NCBI GenBank assembly: GCA_021776055.1 | Contig: JAJFGP010000116.1 | Coordinates: 13,547-77,546, forward strand | Origin: Kiloniellaceae bacterium | GTDB lineage: Bacteria > Pseudomonadota > Alphaproteobacteria > Kiloniellales > J153 | Reading direction: 5' to 3' | Length of the DNA: 64,000 nt | Shown: positions 1 to 9,224 of the stretch, piece after piece | Layout: every line of letters begins with the position of its first letter | Numbering within the stretch: position 1 is the stretch's first letter | Program-made: the position numbers and the translations under genes | Notes under the pieces: generated by a model | What the model saw: only the letters and a program-made list of their open reading frames with translations | Told to the model about the DNA's origin: nothing | Databases searched by the model: none

Positions 1-648
1 CCGGTCGGCATCATCTGGGGCGTCGGCAAAGTCCTGCGCCAAACCCTGGAGCGGGACGGCATTGTCACCATTGCCGATCTGCTGCGCCGGGATGAGGCCG
101 ATTTGATCGCCCGCTACGGCGCGATCGGGCAGCGCCTATCCCGGTTCGCCCGAGGCCAGGACGACCGTCCGGTCGATCCGGTTGCCCCGGCAAAAAGCAT
201 TTCGGCGGAGACGACCTTCGACGGCGATATCGCCGATCCCGCTGTGCTGTTGGCCCAACTCTGGCCGCTCTGCGAAAAGGTCTCGCGCCGCCTCAAGCGG
301 TCCGAGAAAGCCGGGCACGGCGTGACCCTGAAGCTCAAGACCGCAGACTTCAAACTGTTGACCCGCAGCCGGCGCTTGTCCGATCCCACCTGCCTAGCCG
401 AGACGCTCTACCGCGCCGCCCAACCCCTGCTGGAGGGCGAGGCCACCGGACGGAAATTCCGCCTCATCGGTATCGGCGCCGCCGATCTGGTCGATGGCAC
501 CCTAGCCGACCCCCCCAACCTGCTGGACCCCGACCGCGATCAGCAGGCCCGCGTTGAGAAAGCCATAGACGCCGTCCGCGCCCGCCTAGGCGATGCCGCC
601 ATCGGCAAGGGGCGTGGGCTAGTGCCGAGAGTAGCGCGCAGGCGGTAG
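1..648 (+). CDS. dinB: DNA polymerase IV (Y-family), C-terminal part; 5' end outside window
   Basis: Frame 1 is open from base 1 (PVGIIWGVGKVLRQTLERDGI...) and runs into ORF 103..648. The IWGVGK helix-hairpin-helix region and AKSISAETTF little-finger region are typical of DinB. Confidence 0.85.
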   Translation, partial: PVGIIWGVGKVLRQTLERDGIVTIADLLRRDEADLIARYGAIGQRLSRFARGQDDRPVDPVAPAKSISAETTFDGDIADPAVLLAQLWPLCEKVSRRLKRSEKAGHGVTLKLKTADFKLLTRSRRLSDPTCLAETLYRAAQPLLEGEATGRKFRLIGIGAADLVDGTLADPPNLLDPDRDQQARVEKAIDAVRARLGDAAIGKGRGLVPRVARRR

Positions 649-752
649 GATTGCGGCGCTAGGTGTCGGATTGGTTGAGTGGCGTCGCGCGTCGCGATGT
701 CCGCTCACAGGTAGACTTTGGTCAACCGCAATGAACTCGGCGAATACGTCGC

Positions 753-1574
753 TCAGGCCCGCGCGATGATAAGGGCGGCGGGTATCGGTACACGGTAACC
801 TCCGTCCACAGCATAGTCGCGCGCGACAGCCTCCGTCATGGCCTGTCGGATCGCCTCGACGGCAGAAGCTGGTTGGGCCGAGAGGAGCATTGCCATGCGC
901 ACCGTAGCTTCAGAGTAAATTTTGAAGAGCTGCTCGGGCGTGTCGAGATGCCAAACACAATCAATAGTGTCGTGCGTTACCACTTGGAGCCCGGCCTCTC
1001 CGAGCATTTCTTCCGCCACATCTCGGCGAGCGAACTGGAAGAAGTCTGGCTGCGGCGCGGCGCTCACGGACGGATCGGCATGAGCCTTCATGGCACCGAA
1101 GGCGATACGAAACGAGGGCGAGACATCCGGCCCGAACCAAACCGTCATTGCGAAAATCCCCTTGGGTCGAAGCGCGCGTCGCGCCTCGGCCAGTGCGCGG
1201 GGTTGATCCGGCAGGTGCATGATCCCGCAGTTAGAAAGGATCACATCGAAGCTCGCATCCTCGAAGGGAAGGTTTTGAGCGTCCCCCTCCCTAAATTCCG
1301 CCTCGGGTGCGCGCTGCGCGGCATGTGCAAGCATCGCAGACGAGAAATCCAGACCCGTCACACGACAGCCCCGAGCGCAAAGCGCAGAGGTCATTGCACC
1401 GTGACCGCAGCAGAGATCCAACACCGCCTGCGCGCTCTCGGGTGACACAGATGCGATCATTCCCGTCATTGCCTGATCCGCCGCATCGGCAAATTGCGCA
1501 ATATATCGCGCGGCGACGTCACCGTCCGTCCATCCGGCCCGTTCGGCAGCCCCAAACTCTTCGAACTCACCCAT
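753..1574 (-). CDS. class I SAM-dependent methyltransferase (Methyltransf_11-like)
   Basis: SAM-binding motif VLDLCCGHG, then LDFS and DASFDVILS. The ATG at 1574 is preceded by GGGGG about 7 nt upstream, so it is preferred over the TTG at 1595. Confidence 0.8.
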   Translation of the reverse strand: MGEFEEFGAAERAGWTDGDVAARYIAQFADAADQAMTGMIASVSPESAQAVLDLCCGHGAMTSALCARGCRVTGLDFSSAMLAHAAQRAPEAEFREGDAQNLPFEDASFDVILSNCGIMHLPDQPRALAEARRALRPKGIFAMTVWFGPDVSPSFRIAFGAMKAHADPSVSAAPQPDFFQFARRDVAEEMLGEAGLQVVTHDTIDCVWHLDTPEQLFKIYSEATVRMAMLLSAQPASAVEAIRQAMTEAVARDYAVDGGYRVPIPAALIIARA

Positions 1575-1673
1575 GGCAATCCCCCGTTCGATCAAGCCAA
1601 TTTACTGGATACCGGCCAGAAGCACTACGCTTTGCCAGAAAATAGAATGAGCACTGAACTTAACACTGCACCC

Positions 1674-2504
1674 CTAACACTGCGGCGCTGGCAATGTGTC
1701 CAACGTTTGTAGGTCAGCGCGGAGGATGAAATCGCCGTAGTCGAGGAGCATCTCGTCAACGACGCCGTTGGCGTAGATCCGGAAGATTTGCTCGTGCTCG
1801 GGCACGGAGACACGCTCGTCCGCGCCAAAATAAGCGAGATGCAGGCGCCAGGATTTCTTGTCCTGTAGAATGGGCGAGTCCAGTTGCGCTTGCTTGCCCG
1901 GCGGTACGGCGCCGGAAAATGCCGCGCTGATTCCGTACAGGCCGCCGTCCTCGCCGGAGCCGTCGAAGACGGACCGCCAAAGGGGGAAGTCGCCGCTCTC
2001 GGCGGAATCCATGAGAAGCAGCGAATGGGCCGTGGGGAAAAGGGTGCCTTTGGGCAGCTTTACTTCCTGCGCCGTCGGCTCGCTGTAGGTCGCCGTACCG
2101 CCCTTTCCCGGCGCTTCCAGGCGGGCCTCGCCGCGCTGGTTTTCCGTGGCACCACCGGGATTCAGACGGCGAATAAAAAACCGGTAATAGGTGCCGTCCT
2201 TCGATTCCATCGCATTGAGGGTCCAGCCGAAATCGATCACCTGCCCCTCGTTGGAGACGAGTTGCACCAGCGTCCGTTGGCTCACCGTCCAACCGGTGCA
2301 GATGTCGGCCCATTCGAACTCCAGCTTGCCCTGGGCCCGCGAGATCGTCCCGTTGCCGCGCGACTTTTCCAGGCTTAGGCCATAGACCGCGCGATGCGGC
2401 GAAAAGGTGCTGGCGGCATAGGCCGGCAGCCAACTCGACGTCGCGGCGACAAGCATCGCGGCACTTAAGGCCAAGCGAAAGATTAGGTGGCGCGGGAACG
2501 GCAT
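1674..2504 (-). CDS. DUF1849 / EipB-like periplasmic envelope protein
   Basis: Internal ATG at 2504 gives a signal peptide (MPFPRHLIFRLALSAAMLVAATSSWLPAYA). HRAVYGLSLEKSRG...CTGWTV resembles the EipB/DUF1849 family (from memory, unverified). Confidence 0.6.
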   Translation of the reverse strand: MPFPRHLIFRLALSAAMLVAATSSWLPAYAASTFSPHRAVYGLSLEKSRGNGTISRAQGKLEFEWADICTGWTVSQRTLVQLVSNEGQVIDFGWTLNAMESKDGTYYRFFIRRLNPGGATENQRGEARLEAPGKGGTATYSEPTAQEVKLPKGTLFPTAHSLLLMDSAESGDFPLWRSVFDGSGEDGGLYGISAAFSGAVPPGKQAQLDSPILQDKKSWRLHLAYFGADERVSVPEHEQIFRIYANGVVDEMLLDYGDFILRADLQTLDTLPAPQC

Positions 2505-2787
2505 CAAAAAAAACTCCCTGTTTTTATCGCTTATCGGGCTCAACCCTGGCGCGACCGGCACCCCAATCTGGGCAGAGCCAAGCCGGCTTGTCACGCGGAA
2601 ATCCGCGCCTCGGCCCGTCATCGTCCCGTGCCCAGCGATGGCAGAGAACGCTGGCAGAAGCTGCCGTGCGGCAATTCCTACCTCTGACCATATGGGTGAC
2701 ATCTCTTCTAAATCAACTGGTTAAGAATGGCACAACCCTTGCGTCATACCTCCGACATACCCCTCCTCGAGAGTACGAAGGCCCCCT

Positions 2788-3504
2788 GTGAACTTAAGCC
2801 GCATCGAGACCAACTTCGGCGATTTTGAGCGCGATCCCCTGCCGGAGCTGTGCGCCACAACGGAGCGCCTGCGGCGGATCGCCGTCACCGCGCCCGACCG
2901 GTTTAGCGAGGTTGACCGAGAGGTTCTGGACGAGGCCCTGCGGGTTGCCGTCAAGGCTGAGCAGACCCTGGCCGTTCAACGCGCCCGCATCCGCTATCTC
3001 GAAGGGTTGTCGATTACCGACGAGTTAACCGGCCTGCTCAACCGGCGCGGTTTCCAGTCCGAACTCGGGCGGGCCTTGGCCCGGGCCCAGCGGGCGCAGG
3101 AGGCGGGCCTGCTGATACTCTGCGATCTGGATCAATTCAAGGCCATTAACGACAAGTACGGCCACCTGGCCGGCGACGCGGTTTTGTGTGCGGTGGCCGC
3201 CCTGTTACAAGCCAAGACCCGTCGGATCGATTATGTCGCCCGCCTCGGCGGCGACGAGTTCGCGGTTCTGCTGACGCACAGCTCACGCGCCCAGGCCGAG
3301 GGACGAGCGGAGTCCTTAGCCGCCCTGGTCAACTGCCTGGTGATCGATTGGGACGGGCACCAAATTCCGGTCTCGGCCAGCTTCGGCTTCGAGGGCTACC
3401 ATCAAGGCAGCCAGCCGGACGCCCTCCTGTTCCTGGCCGACCGCGCCCTGTACCGGCACAAGGGGCCGCGTCTGGTCAGCGACACCTCGCAGCCGCAGGC
3501 CTGA
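2788..3504 (+). CDS. diguanylate cyclase (GGDEF domain) with short coiled-coil N-terminus
   Basis: DELTGLLNRRGF, GHLAGD and RLGGDEFAVLL are present. An RxxD I-site (RRID) lies 5 residues before GGDEF. GTG start. Confidence 0.85.
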   Translation: MNLSRIETNFGDFERDPLPELCATTERLRRIAVTAPDRFSEVDREVLDEALRVAVKAEQTLAVQRARIRYLEGLSITDELTGLLNRRGFQSELGRALARAQRAQEAGLLILCDLDQFKAINDKYGHLAGDAVLCAVAALLQAKTRRIDYVARLGGDEFAVLLTHSSRAQAEGRAESLAALVNCLVIDWDGHQIPVSASFGFEGYHQGSQPDALLFLADRALYRHKGPRLVSDTSQPQA

Positions 3505-3556
3505 CGGCCGGCGCGCGAGGCTCTATACTCCAGGCCGGAGATGGCCGGAGTGTGGC

Positions 3557-4030
3557 ATGAAGTTTCCCCGTAGCATTCGTCTCGACCAATCGGATCAGAG
3601 CATTTTTGCGCCCGCCGCCGAGCCGGGGGAATGGGCGGTGCCCGGCAGCTTCGCCTTCGCCGGCACGGATGCGACCGGCCTGGACGGTAAGGAGAAATTG
3701 GCGTTTCACACAGGCTGGCTAGGCTCCGACAGCTTTGGCCGAAGCACCCTGGTAGAGGTGGCTGAGATCGACGAGGCCGGCTTTTTCGCCGTCGTCGAGC
3801 GCCTGGCCCGGCACTTCGTCGATGGCTACGGCGCGCCGACCCTGGCGGCGGCCCTGCCCGCGGCACGTGAAGAGGCGGACTATGCCGCCGGGCTGTGCGA
3901 GCACCCGGTCGGCAGCCTGCTCGCCCTCGAGCGTGAGGCAACCGCCGATGGCACCGTCGAGCGCTACCGCATCGTCCGCCCCGCCCGCGCCACCGACCAC
4001 ACCCGAATCTGGGAAATCGTGCCCGATTAG
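3557..4030 (+). CDS. conserved hypothetical protein (possibly DUF6505 family)
   Basis: 157-aa ORF with coding-like GC3 bias, 53 nt downstream of the GGDEF gene on the same strand. Family assignment is from recollection only. Confidence 0.5.
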   Translation: MKFPRSIRLDQSDQSIFAPAAEPGEWAVPGSFAFAGTDATGLDGKEKLAFHTGWLGSDSFGRSTLVEVAEIDEAGFFAVVERLARHFVDGYGAPTLAAALPAAREEADYAAGLCEHPVGSLLALEREATADGTVERYRIVRPARATDHTRIWEIVPD

Positions 4031-4079
4031 ATTGCTGAATCGCAAGGTCGCGCCACCACCCTACCTGTCATCCCGGACA

Positions 4080-5102
4080 CTAACCTTCGACTGCCGGCTG
4101 CTGTTGGGTGATGCAGTGGATGCCGCCGCCGCCGCAGACGATGTCGAGCAGCGGGACCTGCCGCACGTCGCGGTCGGGGAAACACTGCGAGACGAGGGCG
4201 TAGGCCGCTTCGTCCTTGGCATCCTCGAACGATGGCATCACCACGCCGCCGTTGGCGATGTAGAAATTGACGTAGGAGAGGGCCAGGCGACGACCGTCCT
4301 CAGCCGTGCGGCGAGCCGGTTGGGGAACCTCGACGATCTCCAGGCTACGCCCGGCGGCATCCGTGGCGGCGCGTAGGCGGGCCAGGTTGTCCTGCAAGGC
4401 GGCGTAGTTGCCGTCGTCGGGATCGTCAGTGCTCAACGCTAAGACCACGCCGGGCCGGACAAAGCACGCCAAGTTGTCCACGTGCCCATCGGTTTCGTCG
4501 TCCTCGAGACCTTGCCCCAACCAAATCACCTGACGCACACCGAGGTGGGCACGCAAGTGTTGCTCTATCTGCTCGCGGCTTAGATCGGGATTCCGATTGG
4601 GGTTCAATAGGCACTGTTCGCTGGTGAGCAGCGTGCCCTCCCCATCCACGTGGATCGAGCCGCCTTCGAGTACCAGCGGCGCCGGATAGGCCGGCACATC
4701 GAGGTGCTTGAGAATCGCGCCCGCGGCGGCCGCATCGTCCGCATAGGTATCGTACTTGCCGCCCCAGGCATTGAAGCGCCAATCGACGCCAGCCAGGCCG
4801 CCCTTGCCATCGACCAGAAAGGTCGGGCCGTTGTCGCGCATCCAGGAATCGTCATGCGCCAAGGGCAGGCACGCAACGCCCGAGCCGCAGCGCAGCGATA
4901 CCTCGGCAATCTCCTCACCATTGGCAACCATGGTGACCGGCTCGAATTCAGCGATGGCGCCGGCGACCTCGGCATACGCAGTGCGCGCGGCATCCAGCCC
5001 CTCACCCCACAACTCGGTGCGGCACGGCCAGGCCATCCAGCAGCGTTTATGGAGGGCCCATTCGGCGGGCATGAAGAATCCGTCGTCAGTCGGTGTAGAC
5101 AT
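4080..5102 (-). CDS. aguA: agmatine deiminase
   Basis: MPAEWALHKRCWMAWP at the N-terminus. C-terminal catalytic-Cys motif GGGGIHCITQQQ. Length 340 aa. Confidence 0.85.
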   Translation of the reverse strand: MSTPTDDGFFMPAEWALHKRCWMAWPCRTELWGEGLDAARTAYAEVAGAIAEFEPVTMVANGEEIAEVSLRCGSGVACLPLAHDDSWMRDNGPTFLVDGKGGLAGVDWRFNAWGGKYDTYADDAAAAGAILKHLDVPAYPAPLVLEGGSIHVDGEGTLLTSEQCLLNPNRNPDLSREQIEQHLRAHLGVRQVIWLGQGLEDDETDGHVDNLACFVRPGVVLALSTDDPDDGNYAALQDNLARLRAATDAAGRSLEIVEVPQPARRTAEDGRRLALSYVNFYIANGGVVMPSFEDAKDEAAYALVSQCFPDRDVRQVPLLDIVCGGGGIHCITQQQPAVEG

Positions 5103-5195
5103 GGCGTGGACTCCTTAGATTGCGGTAACCCCCCAGCCCTAGGACTCTAGGGCAAGGTTACTGATTTTGCAATTTCCGGCGGTTCGGACGGGACC

Positions 5196-6971
5196 CTATT
5201 CGGGGGGTAGGTCGAGCCGCAAGTGCAGCTCCTTCAAGCGCTCCGCCGGCACTTCCGCCGGCGCCCGCATCATCAAATCCTCGGCTTTTTGATTCATCGG
5301 GAAGGTGACGATCTCGCGGATATTCGGCTCGTTTGCCAGCAGCATGACGATGCGGTCGATCCCCGGCGCCGACCCGCCATGCGGCGGCGCGCCGAATTTC
5401 AGGGCCGAGAGTAAACCGGAAAACCGGGCCTCCACCTCCTCTTGAGCATAGCCGGCGATGGCGAAAGCTTTGTACATAACCTCCGGCAGATGGTTGCGGA
5501 TCGCCCCCGAGGACAATTCCACGCCGTTGCACACGATATCGTACTGGAAAGCCTTGATGGTCAGCGGATCCTGGCTTTCCAATGCTTCCAGCCCGCCCTG
5601 CGGCATGGAGAACGGGTTGTGGCTGAACTCGATTTTGCCCGTCTCCTCGTCGCGCTCATACATGGGATAATCGACGATCCAGCAAAAACGGAACTCGTCT
5701 TTCGCCAGCAGATCCAATTCCTCGCCCAGCCGAGTCCGCGCCGCCCCGGCCAGGCGTGCCGCCCCCTTCGCCGCATCGCAGGCAAAGAAAACCGCATCGC
5801 CATCCTTGAGTCCCGCCGCCGCTTTGATCTGGCCGACCCGCTCGGCATCCAGGTTCTTGGCAATCGGTCCCTTGGCCTCGCCATCGGCGAAGACGATATA
5901 GCCCAGCCCAGCCGCCCCGGTGCCACGCGCCCACTCGTTCATTTTGTCGAAGAAACTGCGCGGACGCGCCCCGGCGCCGGGTGCGGGAACGGCGCGCACG
6001 ACAGCCCCGCCCTCGATGGCGCGGGCAAAGATGCCAAAGCCCGAACCGCGAAACGCCTCGGTGACATCGTGGATCTCGATGGGATTGCGCAAATCCGGCT
6101 TGTCCGATCCATAGCGCAGCATCGCCTCGTCGTAGGCGATGCGCGGAAACGGTGGCTTGGTCACACCGCGGCCCGCGGCAAATTCCTCGAAAACACCGGC
6201 GATGACCGGTTCGATCGTCGCGAAAACATCATCTTGCGTGACGAAGCTCATCTCGAAATCGAGCTGATAAAACTCGCCCGGCGAGCGGTCGGCGCGGCTA
6301 TCCTCGTCGCGGAAGCAGGGCGCGATCTGGAAGTAGCGGTCGAATCCCGCGACCATGATCAGCTGCTTGAACATCTGCGGCGCCTGCGGCAGGGATTAGA
6401 ATTTGCCCGGGTGGATGCGGCTGGGCACCAAATAGTCGCGCGCGCCCTCCGGACTGCTGGCGGTGAGGATCGGTGTCTGGAATTCGGTGAAATTCTGCTC
6501 GATCATACGCCGGCGGATGGACGAGATGACCTGGCCGCGCAGCAGGATATTGCGGTGCATTTTCTCGCGCCGCAGATCGAGATAACGATAGCGCAGGCGA
6601 ATCTCTTCGCCCGCGTCCTCGTCGGAGTTAACTTGCAGCGGCAACACCTCGGCGCGCGAGCGTACCTGCAATTCCTCGACGCGAAGCTCCACCTCACCGG
6701 TTCCAAGACTGGGATTAACCGTCTCGGCCGAGCGCGGGACGACCGCGCCGGTTACGGTAATAACGCTTTCCACGCGCACCGATTCCAGCTCGGCGAACAA
6801 CGGACTGGAAACATCGATGACACACTGGGTGATGCCATGGTTATCGCGCAGATCGACGAACAGCAGCTGGCCGTGGTCGCGCTTGCGGTGCACCCAGCCG
6901 GACAGGCGTACGCTTGGCCCGGCATGCGACAGGCGCAGCTCGCCACAGGTATGGGTGCGGTAAACGTGCAT
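5196..6971 (-). pseudogene. aspS: aspartate--tRNA ligase interrupted by a single in-frame TAA (6396..6398)
   Basis: ORFs 6396..6971 and 5196..6374 share one frame. The junction reads [39 protein letters not shown]. Class II motifs are intact on both sides. Whether the gene is truly inactive is unknown. Confidence 0.85.
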
Positions 6972-7126
6972 CGACGGGGTCCTCGAACGGGGGTTCAGGC
7001 ATTATGAGATCGGCGGGCAAGTGGCACCGAACCGGCGGATTTGTCAAGGTTCCGGCGGTAAAAATGCTGCCCTACCGGGGCATCGGGGCTCGACGGCGGT
7101 TCGGTGATCGCGCATTGTGGGGCACC

Positions 7127-7951
7127 ATGCCGACAACTCAACAAGCCGCCAGTTTGCAGCCCTTGACCAGCTTCCCCCGCGCCGCACGGGCGGCGGTGCG
7201 CGGCGTGTTCCTGGATATCGACGATACCCTGACCACGGACGGGCAACTCACCGCCGAGGCCTACAGCGCCTTGGCACGGCTGCACGGTGCCGGGCTCTTG
7301 ATCGCGCCGATCACCGGCCGCCCGGCTGGCTGGTGCGATCACATCGCCCGCATGTGGCCGGTCGATGCGGTGGTGGGCGAGAACGGCGCCTTCTATTTCC
7401 GCTATGACCGGGAAAGCCGCCAGTTGCACCGGCGGTTCATTGCCAACGATACCGACAGGATCGAAAATCGCCGCCGCCTGGACGCCCTCGCCACCGAAAT
7501 CCTGACCGCCGTGCCGGGCGCGGCCCTGGCCTCGGACCAGCCCTACCGGGAGGCGGACCTGGCTATCGACTACTGCGAAGACGTCGCCCGCCTGCCGCAA
7601 ACCGCGGTGGCCCGTATTGTCGCCCTATTCGAGGCCGCCGGCGCCACCGCCAAGGTCAGCTCGATCCACATCAACGGCTGGTTCGGTACCTACGACAAGC
7701 TGAGCACGACCCGCCTTATGCTCGCCGAGGACTTCGGCCTGGACCTCGATGCCCGGATCGCCGAGTACGTCTTTGTCGGCGATTCACCGAACGATGCCCC
7801 CATGTTCGCCGCCTTCCCAAATGCCGTGGGAGTAGCCAACCTGCGCGCCTTCACCGATGGCATGAGCGCCCTGCCCGCCTACATCACAGCCGCCCCGGCG
7901 GGGGCCGGGTTCGCCGAATTATCGGTGGCCTTGTTGGACGCGCGCAAATAG
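7127..7951 (+). CDS. HAD-IIB family hydrolase (sugar-phosphate phosphatase-like)
   Basis: FLDIDDTLT (motif I), ITGRP (motif II), GDSPNDAPMF (motif IV). The internal ATG at 7127 is chosen because upstream ORF sequence overlaps the aspS promoter region. Confidence 0.75.
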   Translation: MPTTQQAASLQPLTSFPRAARAAVRGVFLDIDDTLTTDGQLTAEAYSALARLHGAGLLIAPITGRPAGWCDHIARMWPVDAVVGENGAFYFRYDRESRQLHRRFIANDTDRIENRRRLDALATEILTAVPGAALASDQPYREADLAIDYCEDVARLPQTAVARIVALFEAAGATAKVSSIHINGWFGTYDKLSTTRLMLAEDFGLDLDARIAEYVFVGDSPNDAPMFAAFPNAVGVANLRAFTDGMSALPAYITAAPAGAGFAELSVALLDARK

Positions 7952-8044
7952 GTAAGCCCTTATGATTTGCGAGTCTTTTCCGAATACTTGGCCTTGGACA
8001 CGGGTGACTTTCACGGCTCGGCGAATGCGTGTATACCCCAGACC

Positions 8045-9220
8045 ATGACCCTGCTCGCCGACAACGCCGCCCTCGCCGACTTCTGCAACCGACAGGCGAA
8101 GGCGGAATTCATCACCGTCGACACCGAGTTCATGCGCGATACGACCTTCTGGCCGAAACTGTGCGTCGCTCAGGTCGGCGGGCCGGATGAGGCGGCGGCC
8201 ATCGATCCCCTGGCCAAAGGCATCGATCTCAAGCCATTGTTCGATCTTCTCCGCAACCGGCGGGTGCTGAAGGTCTTTCATTCGGCGCGCCAGGATCTCG
8301 AGATATTCTTCATACTCATGGGCGCCATGCCGGAACCCATTTTCGATACCCAGGTCGCGGCCATGGTCTGCGGTTTTGGCGAGTCGGTCGGGTACGACAC
8401 CCTGGCGCGCAAGCTCACCGGCGAGAAGATCGATAAATCGAGCCGTTTCGCCGACTGGGCGCACCGGCCGCTAAAGAAACGGCAGCTCGAATACGCCATC
8501 TCGGATGTAGTGCACTTGCGACCCATCTACGAAAAGCTCCGGCAACGGCTGGAAAAGAGCGGGCGCACAGCCTGGTTGGACGAGGAAATGGCCGTCCTGA
8601 CCGACCCGGAGACCTATAACCTGGACCCCGGCTTGGCTTGGCAACGCCTGAAAACCCGCTCCAGCGACCGGCGTTATCTGGCCGTTGTCCGCTCCCTGGC
8701 GGCCTGGCGCGAGACCGAGGCACAGCAGCGCGACGTGCCGCGCAACCGGGTGCTGCGCGACGAGCAGCTTTTCGACATTTCGGCGCACCGCCCGTCGACC
8801 ACCGAGGACCTGGCTAGCACCCGTGGGTTATCCCGAGATCTGGCGCGCGGCCGTCTGGGCCAGGCTATTCTCGAGGCCGTGGCCAAGGGTGTAGCCGTGC
8901 CGGACGATCAATGCCCGGCTCCGCCGCCACGGGCGGAACGGCCGGCCGGCATGGGCCCGATCATCGATCTGCTCAAGGTCCTGCTGAAGATGAAGTGCGA
9001 GGAGAACGAGGTGGCGCAGAAGCTGGTCGCCACCACCGCCGATCTGGAGCAGATCGCCGCCGACGACGAAGCGAACGTCCCGGCTCTTTCCGGATGGCGC
9101 CGCGAAATCTTTGGCCGCGACGCCTTGGCACTTAAGCACGGACGCCTGGCCCTGAGTGTCGGCCGCAAGTCGATCAAAGTCGTGCCCCTCGATGGGAATA
9201 AGCAGGCGAAGGCGTCCTAG
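8045..9220 (+). CDS. rnd: ribonuclease D
   Basis: DEDD exonuclease motifs (ITVDTEF, HSARQDLE, YAISDVVHL) followed by an HRDC-like C-terminus. Start at MTLLADN. Confidence 0.85.
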   Translation: MTLLADNAALADFCNRQAKAEFITVDTEFMRDTTFWPKLCVAQVGGPDEAAAIDPLAKGIDLKPLFDLLRNRRVLKVFHSARQDLEIFFILMGAMPEPIFDTQVAAMVCGFGESVGYDTLARKLTGEKIDKSSRFADWAHRPLKKRQLEYAISDVVHLRPIYEKLRQRLEKSGRTAWLDEEMAVLTDPETYNLDPGLAWQRLKTRSSDRRYLAVVRSLAAWRETEAQQRDVPRNRVLRDEQLFDISAHRPSTTEDLASTRGLSRDLARGRLGQAILEAVAKGVAVPDDQCPAPPPRAERPAGMGPIIDLLKVLLKMKCEENEVAQKLVATTADLEQIAADDEANVPALSGWRREIFGRDALALKHGRLALSVGRKSIKVVPLDGNKQAKAS

Positions 9221-9224
9221 GGCT

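Noticed and set aside
5136-5153. GCCCTAG-GACT-CTAGGGC hairpin between the aspS stop and the aguA start
   Set aside because: It is a perfect 7-bp stem, but no U-tract follows it on the transcribed (minus) strand. That is insufficient to call a terminator. It is noted only as possible mRNA 3'-end structure.
6396-6398. Possibility that the aspS stop is a recoded codon (selenocysteine, pyrrolysine or an alternative genetic code)
   Set aside because: The codon is TAA. Sec uses TGA and Pyl uses TAG. TAA terminates other well-supported genes in this window (pdxA 43960..43962, purN 26829..26831), so a code change is not supported.
5442-7007. 521-aa ORF on the plus strand, antisense to aspS
   Set aside because: It lies entirely opposite a gene with unmistakable AspRS motifs. 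Its product is an Arg/Ala/Gly-rich translation with no recognisable motif. Long stop-free antisense frames are expected at this GC content.
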